A stretch of DNA of 64,000 nucleotides from an uncultured Chloroflexia bacterium (GTDB taxonomy: Bacteria; Chloroflexota; Dehalococcoidia; GIF9; UBA5629): positions 101,292 through 165,291 of the forward strand of contig CAVWAG010000010.1 in NCBI GenBank assembly GCA_963752975.1, read 5' to 3'. The notes under the pieces are model-generated. The model had not been told where the DNA came from. It made no database searches and saw only the letters and a list, made by a program, of their open reading frames with translations. This document shows, piece after piece, positions 9,632-17,643 of this stretch; within the stretch, counting starts at the first letter, position 1; every line of letters starts with the position of its first letter. The position numbers and the translations under genes were made by a program.

Positions 9632-9653
9632 ATGGTTGGGGATAGATGCCCGG

Positions 9654-10058
9654 TCACTTAGTCCCTCCCGATACTTCTGCCGGTTGAGGCGGGATGTTGT
9701 GGCAGTTATAGCAGTTCGGTGAGACATCGTTATAGTTATGACAACGGTCGCAGAACTCGGCCTTGTTGGGATGGCATTTCAGGCAGGTACCGGTCAGGCT
9801 GATATCATAGGTTTTATTGTCCGAAGCTATATATATGCGGTCGCCCTGGCGCACGGCCTGGTCCCGCCATTTCTCAAGCAGCTGCATATGGTATTTGCTC
9901 ATATACTCGGTAGATTCTACGCACTGTTCACTGCCCGGGTATATTACAGGATCGGGCGGGTAGGCTGCCTTGCCCTGTGCGGCAATATACCAGAGGGGGA
10001 ATGTCCCCAGGCAGAGAAAGATGGCCAATCCGCCCAGCACCTTGCCTTTGTCAAACAT
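9654..10058 (-). CDS. dsrJ: DsrJ-like membrane-anchored triheme cytochrome c.
   Basis: A 134-aa protein with an N-terminal signal anchor and three CxxCH haem-binding motifs (CLKCH, CDRCH, CYNCH). Confidence 0.7.
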   Translation of the reverse strand: MFDKGKVLGGLAIFLCLGTFPLWYIAAQGKAAYPPDPVIYPGSEQCVESTEYMSKYHMQLLEKWRDQAVRQGDRIYIASDNKTYDISLTGTCLKCHPNKAEFCDRCHNYNDVSPNCYNCHNIPPQPAEVSGGTK

Positions 10059-11676
10059 CGGCCTTGACCTCTTCAGTCCCAGGATTTAAGGGGTCACCGC
10101 GCAGGTCGGTTTCCCTGGTTTTCTCACCTTGCATGATAAGCGCGTTGCCCAGCAGTTCGTGCACGCCGGCCGTCTCTACGCCCGGGCACCAGTATTCCAG
10201 CAGCGGGGGGAAGGAGGCTTTATCAATGGCGCAGATGCAGGCCAGCATGTTCACGCCGTGCTTGTCACGCACGTATTTGACGGCGTTGGCACGGGGCAGC
10301 CCTCCCCGCAGCCGCATCTCCAGGTTTTCGTCCGGTCCCAGCCCGGCGCCGCTGCCACAACAGAAGGTACGCTCGCGGATGGTATTCTCCGGCATTTCGT
10401 AAAAATGATTGCAGGCTTTATTAATAATGTAGCGCGGCTCCTCGAAAAGACCCATCGAGCGCGCCGGGTTGCAGGAGTCGTGAAAGGTTACCTTCCATCT
10501 ATCGTTGCGTGACGGGTCGAGTTTCAGCTTATGGTGATAAATCAGGTCGGCGGTGAATTCGCAGATGTGTACCATTTTAGTGGAGCTAGCATTTTCAAAC
10601 TTGGTTCCGGTGATGGGGGAAACCGGTTGCTGCAGGAAGTCAGCCGGGCCGTTGAAGGTGTCCATGTATTGGTGCAGCACCCGCCACATGTGGCCGCACT
10701 CGCCGCCCAGTACCCATTTCACCCCCAGCCGCCTGGCCTCGGCGTATATCTTGGCATTAAGGCTCTTGGCGTAGTCAGCGCCCAGGAAGAGGCCGAAGTT
10801 GCCGCCCTCCGAGGCGTAAGTGCTGAAGGTATAGTCTAACCCTATCTCATGGAAGAGCATGATATAACCCAGCAGCGTGAACCAGGCGGGCTGGGCGAAG
10901 AAGTCACCTGAAGGCGTGACAAAAAGTATCTCGGCGCCCTTTTTATTGATGGGCACCTCTATCTTTATTCCGGTGATACCCTCTATCTCATCGGCGGCAA
11001 ATTCCAGGCTCTGCTTGAGAGCGTGCGGGGGTATAGCCAGGTGGTTGCCGGTGCGTAAACAGTTTGATGCCGGGCCGACCACCCACTCCGTCGAGCAGCC
11101 CACCAGGTTAAGCAGTTCGCGACCGAACATGGTTATCTCGCAGGTATCGATGCCGTAGGGACAGTAAACCGAGCAGCGCCGGCACTCGGAGCACTGGTAA
11201 AAGTAGTAGTACCACTCCTTGATGACCTTCCCGTCCAGTTCACGCGCCCCGCCCAGCTTGCCCAGGGCTTTGCCTCCGGCGGTGAAATATTTCCGGTATA
11301 CTGAGCGCAGCAGTTCGGCGCGCAGCACGGGCATATTCTTGGGGTCGCCCGATCCGATGAAGAAATGGCACTTGTCGGCGCAGGCGCCGCAGCGGACGCA
11401 GATATCTAAGAAGAGCTTCCACGAGCGGAATTTATCCAGCCGCTCCTGCATGCCGCTGATTACAAGTTGCTTGAAATCCAGCGGCAGATTCCAGTCCTCG
11501 TCCTGGGGGTTCCACTGCCGCGGGTTGGGAAGCTGCAGCGCTTCCTGGTTCTTGAGTGGCGCAGCGTAACAGTACGTGCCTCTCTTGAACTCGACGGCCG
11601 GGTCCATCCAATCCCCGGCGGGTGGAAGATAATTGACCTGCGCCATCTCCTGCGGCGCGAGTTTCTTCTCAGCCAT
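10051..11676 (-). CDS. dsrK: DsrK/HdrD-like catalytic subunit (two 4Fe-4S ferredoxin motifs plus CCG domains).
   Basis: Has CVRCGACADKC and CSECRRCSVYCP ferredoxin motifs. Has CCG-type cysteine motifs (FHDSCN..., TFCCGSGAG) typical of heterodisulfide-reductase-like subunits. Confidence 0.75.
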   Translation of the reverse strand: MAEKKLAPQEMAQVNYLPPAGDWMDPAVEFKRGTYCYAAPLKNQEALQLPNPRQWNPQDEDWNLPLDFKQLVISGMQERLDKFRSWKLFLDICVRCGACADKCHFFIGSGDPKNMPVLRAELLRSVYRKYFTAGGKALGKLGGARELDGKVIKEWYYYFYQCSECRRCSVYCPYGIDTCEITMFGRELLNLVGCSTEWVVGPASNCLRTGNHLAIPPHALKQSLEFAADEIEGITGIKIEVPINKKGAEILFVTPSGDFFAQPAWFTLLGYIMLFHEIGLDYTFSTYASEGGNFGLFLGADYAKSLNAKIYAEARRLGVKWVLGGECGHMWRVLHQYMDTFNGPADFLQQPVSPITGTKFENASSTKMVHICEFTADLIYHHKLKLDPSRNDRWKVTFHDSCNPARSMGLFEEPRYIINKACNHFYEMPENTIRERTFCCGSGAGLGPDENLEMRLRGGLPRANAVKYVRDKHGVNMLACICAIDKASFPPLLEYWCPGVETAGVHELLGNALIMQGEKTRETDLRGDPLNPGTEEVKADV

Positions 11677-12740
11677 TATTCCTTTTTCTCCACCGGTATC
11701 CCGGCTGCTATCATCGGCTTGCGGAATTCATCCTCATATTCAGCATAGGTGTGGACACGCACGGGGTGGTTCCAGGGGTTGATATGCCTCACGGCACGGC
11801 TGTTGTTTTTCATGTTGCGGGTGGGACTGAAGAGTATACCCGGCGCATGCATCATTTTACTAAAGGGGAAGTAGGCTATTAGCGTGCTGACGAGCATGAG
11901 GTGGATGTAGAAGGCCAGCCCGATATTCGAGTCGACAGCCGGATTAAATGTGATCATGGATATGGCCAGCCGTTTCACCGCATCCACGTCGACCTTGAAT
12001 ATGGAGCGCATTAATACTCCTGATATGACCACGCCTAATATCAGTAGCAGCGCAAAATAGTCGGAGGCCAGCGAGATGTATTTAATCTGCGGCGATACCA
12101 CGCGCCGGAAAAAGAGGTAGGTGAGTGAGATAAGGATAATGAAATCGGTGAGAAACAGCGTGGCGAGGGAAAACTGGAAGAGGCTATCTAAGTTCATCAG
12201 CCAGGTAACAGGCAGGAAGATGGGTTCGGTGAAAAACCGCAGGTGGCGGAAGATGATGATGAGGAGCGACCAGTGAAAGGCCAGGCCGCCCAGCCAGAGC
12301 CAGCGGCTGCCGCCGTAGACCAGCCTCTGCCCGGCCACCATGTCGGCGCGGCTGTTGCGGAAAAGCGAGCGGAAGAAAAATATCTCCAGGAACATGCGCC
12401 AGGCCACAGCCAGGTTGCTGACCGGGCTTTCGATTTTATCATCCTTGATCCAGGGCAAGGACTTCTCCTGCCCTGCCACTGTGGGTATGCTGAAAGGTAC
12501 GGGCGATTGGGCCCAGCGTACAATACGGTATATAAAACCGGAAAAGAAGGCTGCAAGCGCCAGGCAGGGTATGATGACTGCGAAGACAAATTCAGCGCCG
12601 GGACCGAGCAGCGTCAGCAACGGCAGCAGGACGAGGATCGTAACTGCGATCAGCGGACAGCCTATTTTCATCGCTCTCATATCAGGTTTTGCTGTTATCA
12701 AATAAACGCGCAAATGCAGTTGACCTGGCTTTAAGCTCAT
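11676..12740 (-). CDS. dsrM: DsrM/HdrE/NarI-like membrane cytochrome b subunit.
   Basis: A polytopic membrane protein heading the operon. The true start may be an internal Met (MRAMKIG, near 12680), which would remove the overlap with the upstream ORF. Confidence 0.65.
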   Translation of the reverse strand: MSLKPGQLHLRVYLITAKPDMRAMKIGCPLIAVTILVLLPLLTLLGPGAEFVFAVIIPCLALAAFFSGFIYRIVRWAQSPVPFSIPTVAGQEKSLPWIKDDKIESPVSNLAVAWRMFLEIFFFRSLFRNSRADMVAGQRLVYGGSRWLWLGGLAFHWSLLIIIFRHLRFFTEPIFLPVTWLMNLDSLFQFSLATLFLTDFIILISLTYLFFRRVVSPQIKYISLASDYFALLLILGVVISGVLMRSIFKVDVDAVKRLAISMITFNPAVDSNIGLAFYIHLMLVSTLIAYFPFSKMMHAPGILFSPTRNMKNNSRAVRHINPWNHPVRVHTYAEYEDEFRKPMIAAGIPVEKKE

Positions 12741-13176
12741 TCAGCTTGATACTGTTTATCTGCTCCCTGCTCCGCGAGTATAGGTCGAAGGCCAGCAGTG
12801 AAAGCGCATCAATTTTCGACTCGAATTCAATCCAGCCTCCGGCGGGTACCTGTTCGATTTTGATTTCATCGATTATAACCTTTTTCAGCGACAGGGGGAA
12901 CGAGACCGCCTGTGACGGGATGAAATCTTGCACTGCCCTAATCTTGATGATGTCCTCTATATAAGCTGAGAGGGTATGTATATCCGACCCCGCCAGCAAC
13001 CCGTCCAGGATTTTCTCAAGGCTGATTGTAGTGGCATAACCCACCGGGTTGGCGAACCTGTCCTTCTCGCTTCGCAGAAATGCAGCGGTATCGCCGGGGT
13101 AAGTATCAAATACTGCGGCTGCCCATTTCCGCAGGATGGACGCCTTTTTCGCCGTTAGCGACGGTATCAGGTTCAT
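12682..13176 (-). CDS. Hypothetical cytoplasmic protein upstream of the dsrM-like gene.
   Basis: A 164-aa ORF with no recognisable motif. It is co-oriented with, and may be co-transcribed with, dsrMKJOP. Confidence 0.4.
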   Translation of the reverse strand: MNLIPSLTAKKASILRKWAAAVFDTYPGDTAAFLRSEKDRFANPVGYATTISLEKILDGLLAGSDIHTLSAYIEDIIKIRAVQDFIPSQAVSFPLSLKKVIIDEIKIEQVPAGGWIEFESKIDALSLLAFDLYSRSREQINSIKLNELKARSTAFARLFDNSKT

Positions 13177-13943
13177 ATGATTTTGACTTCCTCGGCAATG
13201 CTGGCTGTGATTTTCTCGCGCAATGAGATGAAGCCATGGTCGGCCCTGTAACGCGGGTAGCTGAGGCCGACATGATAAATGTTTTTAATCGTGCCCGGGC
13301 CGGCTGTCATGACCACAACCCTTTCTGCCAGGTAAACCGCCTCCTCCACGCTATGGGTGACGAAGATAATGGCCTTCCTGTCCTCACCCCAGATACGCAG
13401 CAGTTCGTTTTGCATCAGGTTGCGGGTCTGCGCATCAAGCGAGCCGAAAGGCTCGTCCATTAAAAGCACCTCGGGCCCGTTGGCCAGCGCCCGGGCAATA
13501 GCAACGCGTTGCTTCATGCCTCCGGACAGCTCGGCAGGGTATTTGTGCTCGCTGCCGCCCAGACCGACCAGCCCGATATAATGTTCAGCCGTTTTCAGCC
13601 GTTCCGGCAGTGGCTCCTTGAGTACCTCGGGACCGAAGACAATGTTGCCGGTAACATCCCGCCAGGGGAATAGGGCGAAGTCCTGGAAGACCAGTCCGCG
13701 CTCCGGGCCGGGGCCGCTTACCTGTTTATTATCGAGAAAAACGGAACCCCTGGTAGCTGATTCCAACCCGGCAACGATCTTGAGCAGTGTGGTTTTACCG
13801 CAGCCGGACGGCCCAACCAGTGCGACGAACTCGTCTGCAGCGACTTCGAGGTTGAATGCACGCAGGGCTTGCGTCACTTTCCCGGCCTTTCTTTCCAGGA
13901 ATGATTTAGAAACGTTTTCGATGACAAGCCTGGCCTGGCTCAT
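13173..13943 (-). CDS. ABC transporter ATP-binding protein, NitT/TauT (SsuB/TauB-like) family.
   Basis: Has the Walker A motif GPSGCGKTT and the ABC signature LSGGMKQRVAIARAL. Confidence 0.8.
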   Translation of the reverse strand: MSQARLVIENVSKSFLERKAGKVTQALRAFNLEVAADEFVALVGPSGCGKTTLLKIVAGLESATRGSVFLDNKQVSGPGPERGLVFQDFALFPWRDVTGNIVFGPEVLKEPLPERLKTAEHYIGLVGLGGSEHKYPAELSGGMKQRVAIARALANGPEVLLMDEPFGSLDAQTRNLMQNELLRIWGEDRKAIIFVTHSVEEAVYLAERVVVMTAGPGTIKNIYHVGLSYPRYRADHGFISLREKITASIAEEVKII

Positions 13944-14611
13944 GCCTGCATCCTCCAGAAAAGCAGCTTATCTTCCAGTTTTTTCAGGGCGGTGAACATG
14001 AGGAAGCCGACTATACCGATCATAAGCATGCCGGCTACGGTCTTGGCCGCTTCCATGGTGGAGTAATAGTACATGATCATATAACCGAGACCGGAACTGG
14101 AGCCGGTTAATTCCGCCGCCACCAGGCACATCCAGCCAATACCGATGCCGATGCGCAGGCCGGCCATGATTGACGGCGCCGCGGAAGGTATCCCCACTTT
14201 GAAAAGTATCTGCCCGGAGCTGGCGCCCAGGGTTTTTGCCACCTCCACCAGCTTTTTAGGCGTGCTCTCCATCCCCAGCACCGTATTGAGCAGTATCGGG
14301 AAAAAGGCGCCCAGCCAGATGAGGAAAACAGCCGGCTTGAAGCCAAGGCCAAACCAGAGCATGGCAAGAGGTATCCAGGCCAGGGGTGGTATGGGGCGCA
14401 GTATCTCGATAACTGGTTCCAGCAGATCCCTGACATTGCGCCACCACCCGATGACCACACCGAGCAGAATCCCTGACACGGCAGCTATGGCAAAACCGAC
14501 CAATACCCTCCAAAGGCTGATGATGGTATTCCCCCACAGTTCACCAGCCCAGCTCAGTCCGGCAGGGCCGGGCGCTATCAGCAAAGAATAGAGGGCCTTG
14601 AGTACATCCAC
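13940..14611 (-). CDS. ABC transporter permease, NitT/TauT (SsuC/TauC-like) family.
   Basis: Polytopic BPD-transporter fold. Its stop overlaps the ATPase start. Confidence 0.75.
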   Translation of the reverse strand: MDVLKALYSLLIAPGPAGLSWAGELWGNTIISLWRVLVGFAIAAVSGILLGVVIGWWRNVRDLLEPVIEILRPIPPLAWIPLAMLWFGLGFKPAVFLIWLGAFFPILLNTVLGMESTPKKLVEVAKTLGASSGQILFKVGIPSAAPSIMAGLRIGIGIGWMCLVAAELTGSSSGLGYMIMYYYSTMEAAKTVAGMLMIGIVGFLMFTALKKLEDKLLFWRMQA

Positions 14612-14711
14612 CGGTGTGGGGAATAGCTGGGGCAGGTTGGCCCATAAAGCGGCAGCTTCCCAGACCAGCAGAAAGAGCAGGATTGAGACTATGCGTAAAG
14701 GACGCGTATCT

Positions 14712-15710
14712 TCACCTCTGAATATATTGGAGGTCTACCACCTTATCTGCGAAAGCATCGAGGTCAGGGACATCACCTGATGTTATGATAGGCTTTATCG
14801 TACCGCTTTCCCCGAGGCTTATTATCTCCCTTACAAATCTCTTTACATCGTCCTTGCTCAGGGCGTAAGTGTACTTTACCCGCGTAAACGCGTTATCGAT
14901 TACGGCAGCATCCAAATTGGTCCATTTTCGAGCTATGGCTTTAGCCTCTGCAGGGTTGTCGGCGATGAATTGCACCGCCTTACGGTGGGCGCTTATCACC
15001 GAGGCAACAACACTGTTGTTATTGAGAGCGAAATCGTTCCTGGTAACCACGACGCAACAGGGGTGCCCCGGCCAGATATCCTTCGAATCAACCAGCGCCT
15101 TGCCGTAACCGCCAACCAGGGATTTGGCCACAAACGGTTCCCACACGAAGTAGCCACTGATGCGGCCGGTTTGCAGGGATTGCGGCATGTCGGGCGGCTT
15201 GATGGTTCCCGGGAATAGTTCCAGGTCGCTGAAGCTCATGGAATTTTTCGACAGCAGCATGCCAAGCATGACGTACTGTATCGAACCCGGCGCCGGCGTG
15301 GCCACCTTCTTCAACTTTAAATCGGCGACACTGTTGATGTCATTCTCGGTTACCAGCGCGGAGCCCTCAAGGTTTACTCCGGCGATGATGGAGAGATCTA
15401 TCTTGCGCGCCGCGGCCAGCACGGCCGGAGCTATGCCGACATAGCCCATATCAAGCTGGTTGGCCGCCAGGGCATCCATTTCGGCGGGCCCGGCATCAAA
15501 AGGACCGACTATCTGCACATTGACCCCTTCGTCCTTGAAGAAGCCCCGGTCCTGGGCAACAAAAAACGGTAAATGGTGTAAGTCTCCCAGCAGGTAACCA
15601 ATACGCACCGTTGCCGCTGCGGCAGGTGCACAGTTTAATCCGCTGAACAGCGGGATTACTAAGATTAATGTTAATACAAGGAAGGCCAGCTTTTTGAAGG
15701 ATGCCAACAT
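14712..15710 (-). CDS. ABC substrate-binding protein, NMT1/SsuA-like, with a signal peptide.
   Basis: Has an N-terminal signal sequence. Its size and position upstream of the permease and ATPase fit a binding protein. Confidence 0.65.
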   Translation of the reverse strand: MLASFKKLAFLVLTLILVIPLFSGLNCAPAAAATVRIGYLLGDLHHLPFFVAQDRGFFKDEGVNVQIVGPFDAGPAEMDALAANQLDMGYVGIAPAVLAAARKIDLSIIAGVNLEGSALVTENDINSVADLKLKKVATPAPGSIQYVMLGMLLSKNSMSFSDLELFPGTIKPPDMPQSLQTGRISGYFVWEPFVAKSLVGGYGKALVDSKDIWPGHPCCVVVTRNDFALNNNSVVASVISAHRKAVQFIADNPAEAKAIARKWTNLDAAVIDNAFTRVKYTYALSKDDVKRFVREIISLGESGTIKPIITSGDVPDLDAFADKVVDLQYIQR

Positions 15711-15902
15711 TTTCTTCTCCTTATAAAGCGAATTATATCAATTACAGGTAGTTGATTAAATTATACAAGAATTGTATAATTTGTATAGTTGACGACTGAT
15801 TAGAATTCGTGGCCTGGAATTGTCCGCTATGTTAATATGGTGCCGTATTTTCATCTTGTTTGCGCTCATATATCCTGTATTTAAACTAATAGGAGGACGA
15901 CG

Positions 15903-17358
15903 GTGAAACAAAAAACAATACAGGCTGATTACTGGGATAAGAAAATTGACATAGAGGTGCCCGGGGATACTGTAATGGGTGAAATCCCCAACCCTGCTAT
16001 CCTGCAGGATCCCGAAAAGGCTATCAGGGAGGCTATCAATAATCCAATCGGATCACCGCCATTGTCGGAATTGGCGAAGAAGGCGCGCAAAGGCAGGGTA
16101 ACCATAGGGTTCGATGATCCCTCCCGCCCGGGCAAACCCCGCCAACTGATTATCCCCATTATCCTCGACGAATTGTTGAAGGCCGGAGTTAAGGAAGAGA
16201 ATATCTACCTGATGTGTGCCAGCGGCAATCATTGTAAATTCACACCTATTCAGTTGCGGGCCTATCTGAGCCCTGCAATCTATGACCGCTTCGCTCCGGC
16301 CGGCAGCGCCTCACGTATAATCAATCACGATTGCCACGACCCTGAAAACCTGGTCTATATGGGCACGTCCGAACTGGGCGATTACGTTGAATACAACAAG
16401 GCGCTGGTGGATTCCGATTTGTTCATCTATACCGGTACCGTGGTGGTCTCCAACTGGGGAGGCATGACGGGCACAGGAGTAATCATCGGATTCCCCAGCA
16501 CGCGCAGCATGACATCAACTCATGGTTTCCCGGTGGTCGGGCATCCTGACTCCTGCCATGGTAACCAGCATACCATGATGTACCGCGCTCACAAGGAGGC
16601 GGTCATGGCCCAGATTGAAAAATTTACCGGCAAGCGGGTGTTCTATGTCGACGTTGTCCCGAGCGCGGGCGGAGCGCCTGCCGGGATATTCGCGGGCTAT
16701 TCCCCCGAGATAAATGAGCCCACCTGGAAATTTGCGGAAAGCATCTATCACATGGAAGTGCCCCAGGCAGACGTGCTGATTTACGGTGTGCCGCGCTATT
16801 CACTTTACGGTGAGACGAGCAACCCGCTTATCGCGCTGGCCGCCGCCTGTGCCCCGGTGCGCATGTGGGTCAACAAGCCGCTGGTGCGGGAGGGTGGCGT
16901 GGTGATTGCCCTGGCGCATTGCGACGGCACTATTGATGACAGGTCCCATCCGTCTTATGCTGAGATACTCGACCTTTACCGCAACTGTTTCAGCATGCAG
17001 GAGCTCTCAACTTATGAAGAGGAGTTCATGTACCGCGAGGATCTTGATCTTTAAATACAGGCATGCCTATGCCTATGCTCCGGTGCACGGTTTCTGGCTG
17101 ATGTATGAGAGCGAGTATGCTCTCAACCATACTAATAAAATCATTATGGCCGGGGTGCCGGGCATGGATAACCCGCTGGCCAAGGTACAGGTTAGCGGGA
17201 CCGGCGGGCCGGGCGCCGTGCGCGATGTGGGTTGTACACCGGTCAGGGATTTTGCTGACGCCATGAAGATGGCCGAGAAAATAGTGGGAAAGAATCCTAA
17301 AGTTATGGCTTGCCCGTCTTTCTGGACGAGGATCAGGCCGAGGTTCTTTGTAAAGTAG
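15903..17358 (+). CDS. larA: LarA-like protein (lactate racemase / DUF2088 family) with an apparent frameshift near 17050.
   Basis: The 383-aa frame 15903-17054 has LarA-like N and central domains. The C-terminal domain (…IMAGVPGMDNPLAKVQVSGTGGPG…) continues in the +1 frame ORF 16906-17358. Confidence 0.5.
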
Positions 17359-17395
17359 GGACGAGCGATATTGCATATTAAACGGGAGGCATAAA

Positions 17396-17611
17396 ATGCG
17401 TTTACAATCATATCAAACAGAGATCAAGGACCACCTGCAATACCTGGGTATCTGGGATAACCTGGTGGCGGGGAAGCTCAAATGCTTTGTCTGCAAGGTC
17501 AAGCTGAACAAAGATAATTTTGGCCTGGCCTTCCGCGACGGTGAAAAAATGGAGACGACCTGCAACAAGCTGGACTGCATCCGCACCGTTACACATGTCT
17601 TGAAGGACTGA
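17396..17611 (+). CDS. Small Cys-containing (CxxC...C) zinc-ribbon-like protein.
   Basis: A 71-aa ORF 33 bp upstream of the oxidoreductase gene, possibly co-transcribed with it. Confidence 0.4.
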   Translation: MRLQSYQTEIKDHLQYLGIWDNLVAGKLKCFVCKVKLNKDNFGLAFRDGEKMETTCNKLDCIRTVTHVLKD

Positions 17612-17643
17612 CCGGCAATCGATTTAGCTACAGGAGTAAGAAA

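Noticed and set aside
9422-9727. A 101-aa ORF spanning the dsrJ-dsrO spacer with an internally repeated peptide (ARVSRSCEPKAWQAATKQS, twice).
   Set aside because: It is simply the translation of the 62-bp direct repeats, and it overlaps the Tat-signal start of dsrO. It is treated as a non-coding repeat element.
12197-12734. Overlapping 120-163-aa ORFs on both strands inside dsrM.
   Set aside because: They are alternative-frame ORFs within a conserved membrane cytochrome b gene and have no motifs.
16906-17358. A 150-aa ORF called as a separate gene.
   Set aside because: Its C-terminal 90 aa read as the missing C-terminal domain of the LarA-like protein in the +1 frame. It is interpreted as a frameshifted continuation rather than an independent gene.
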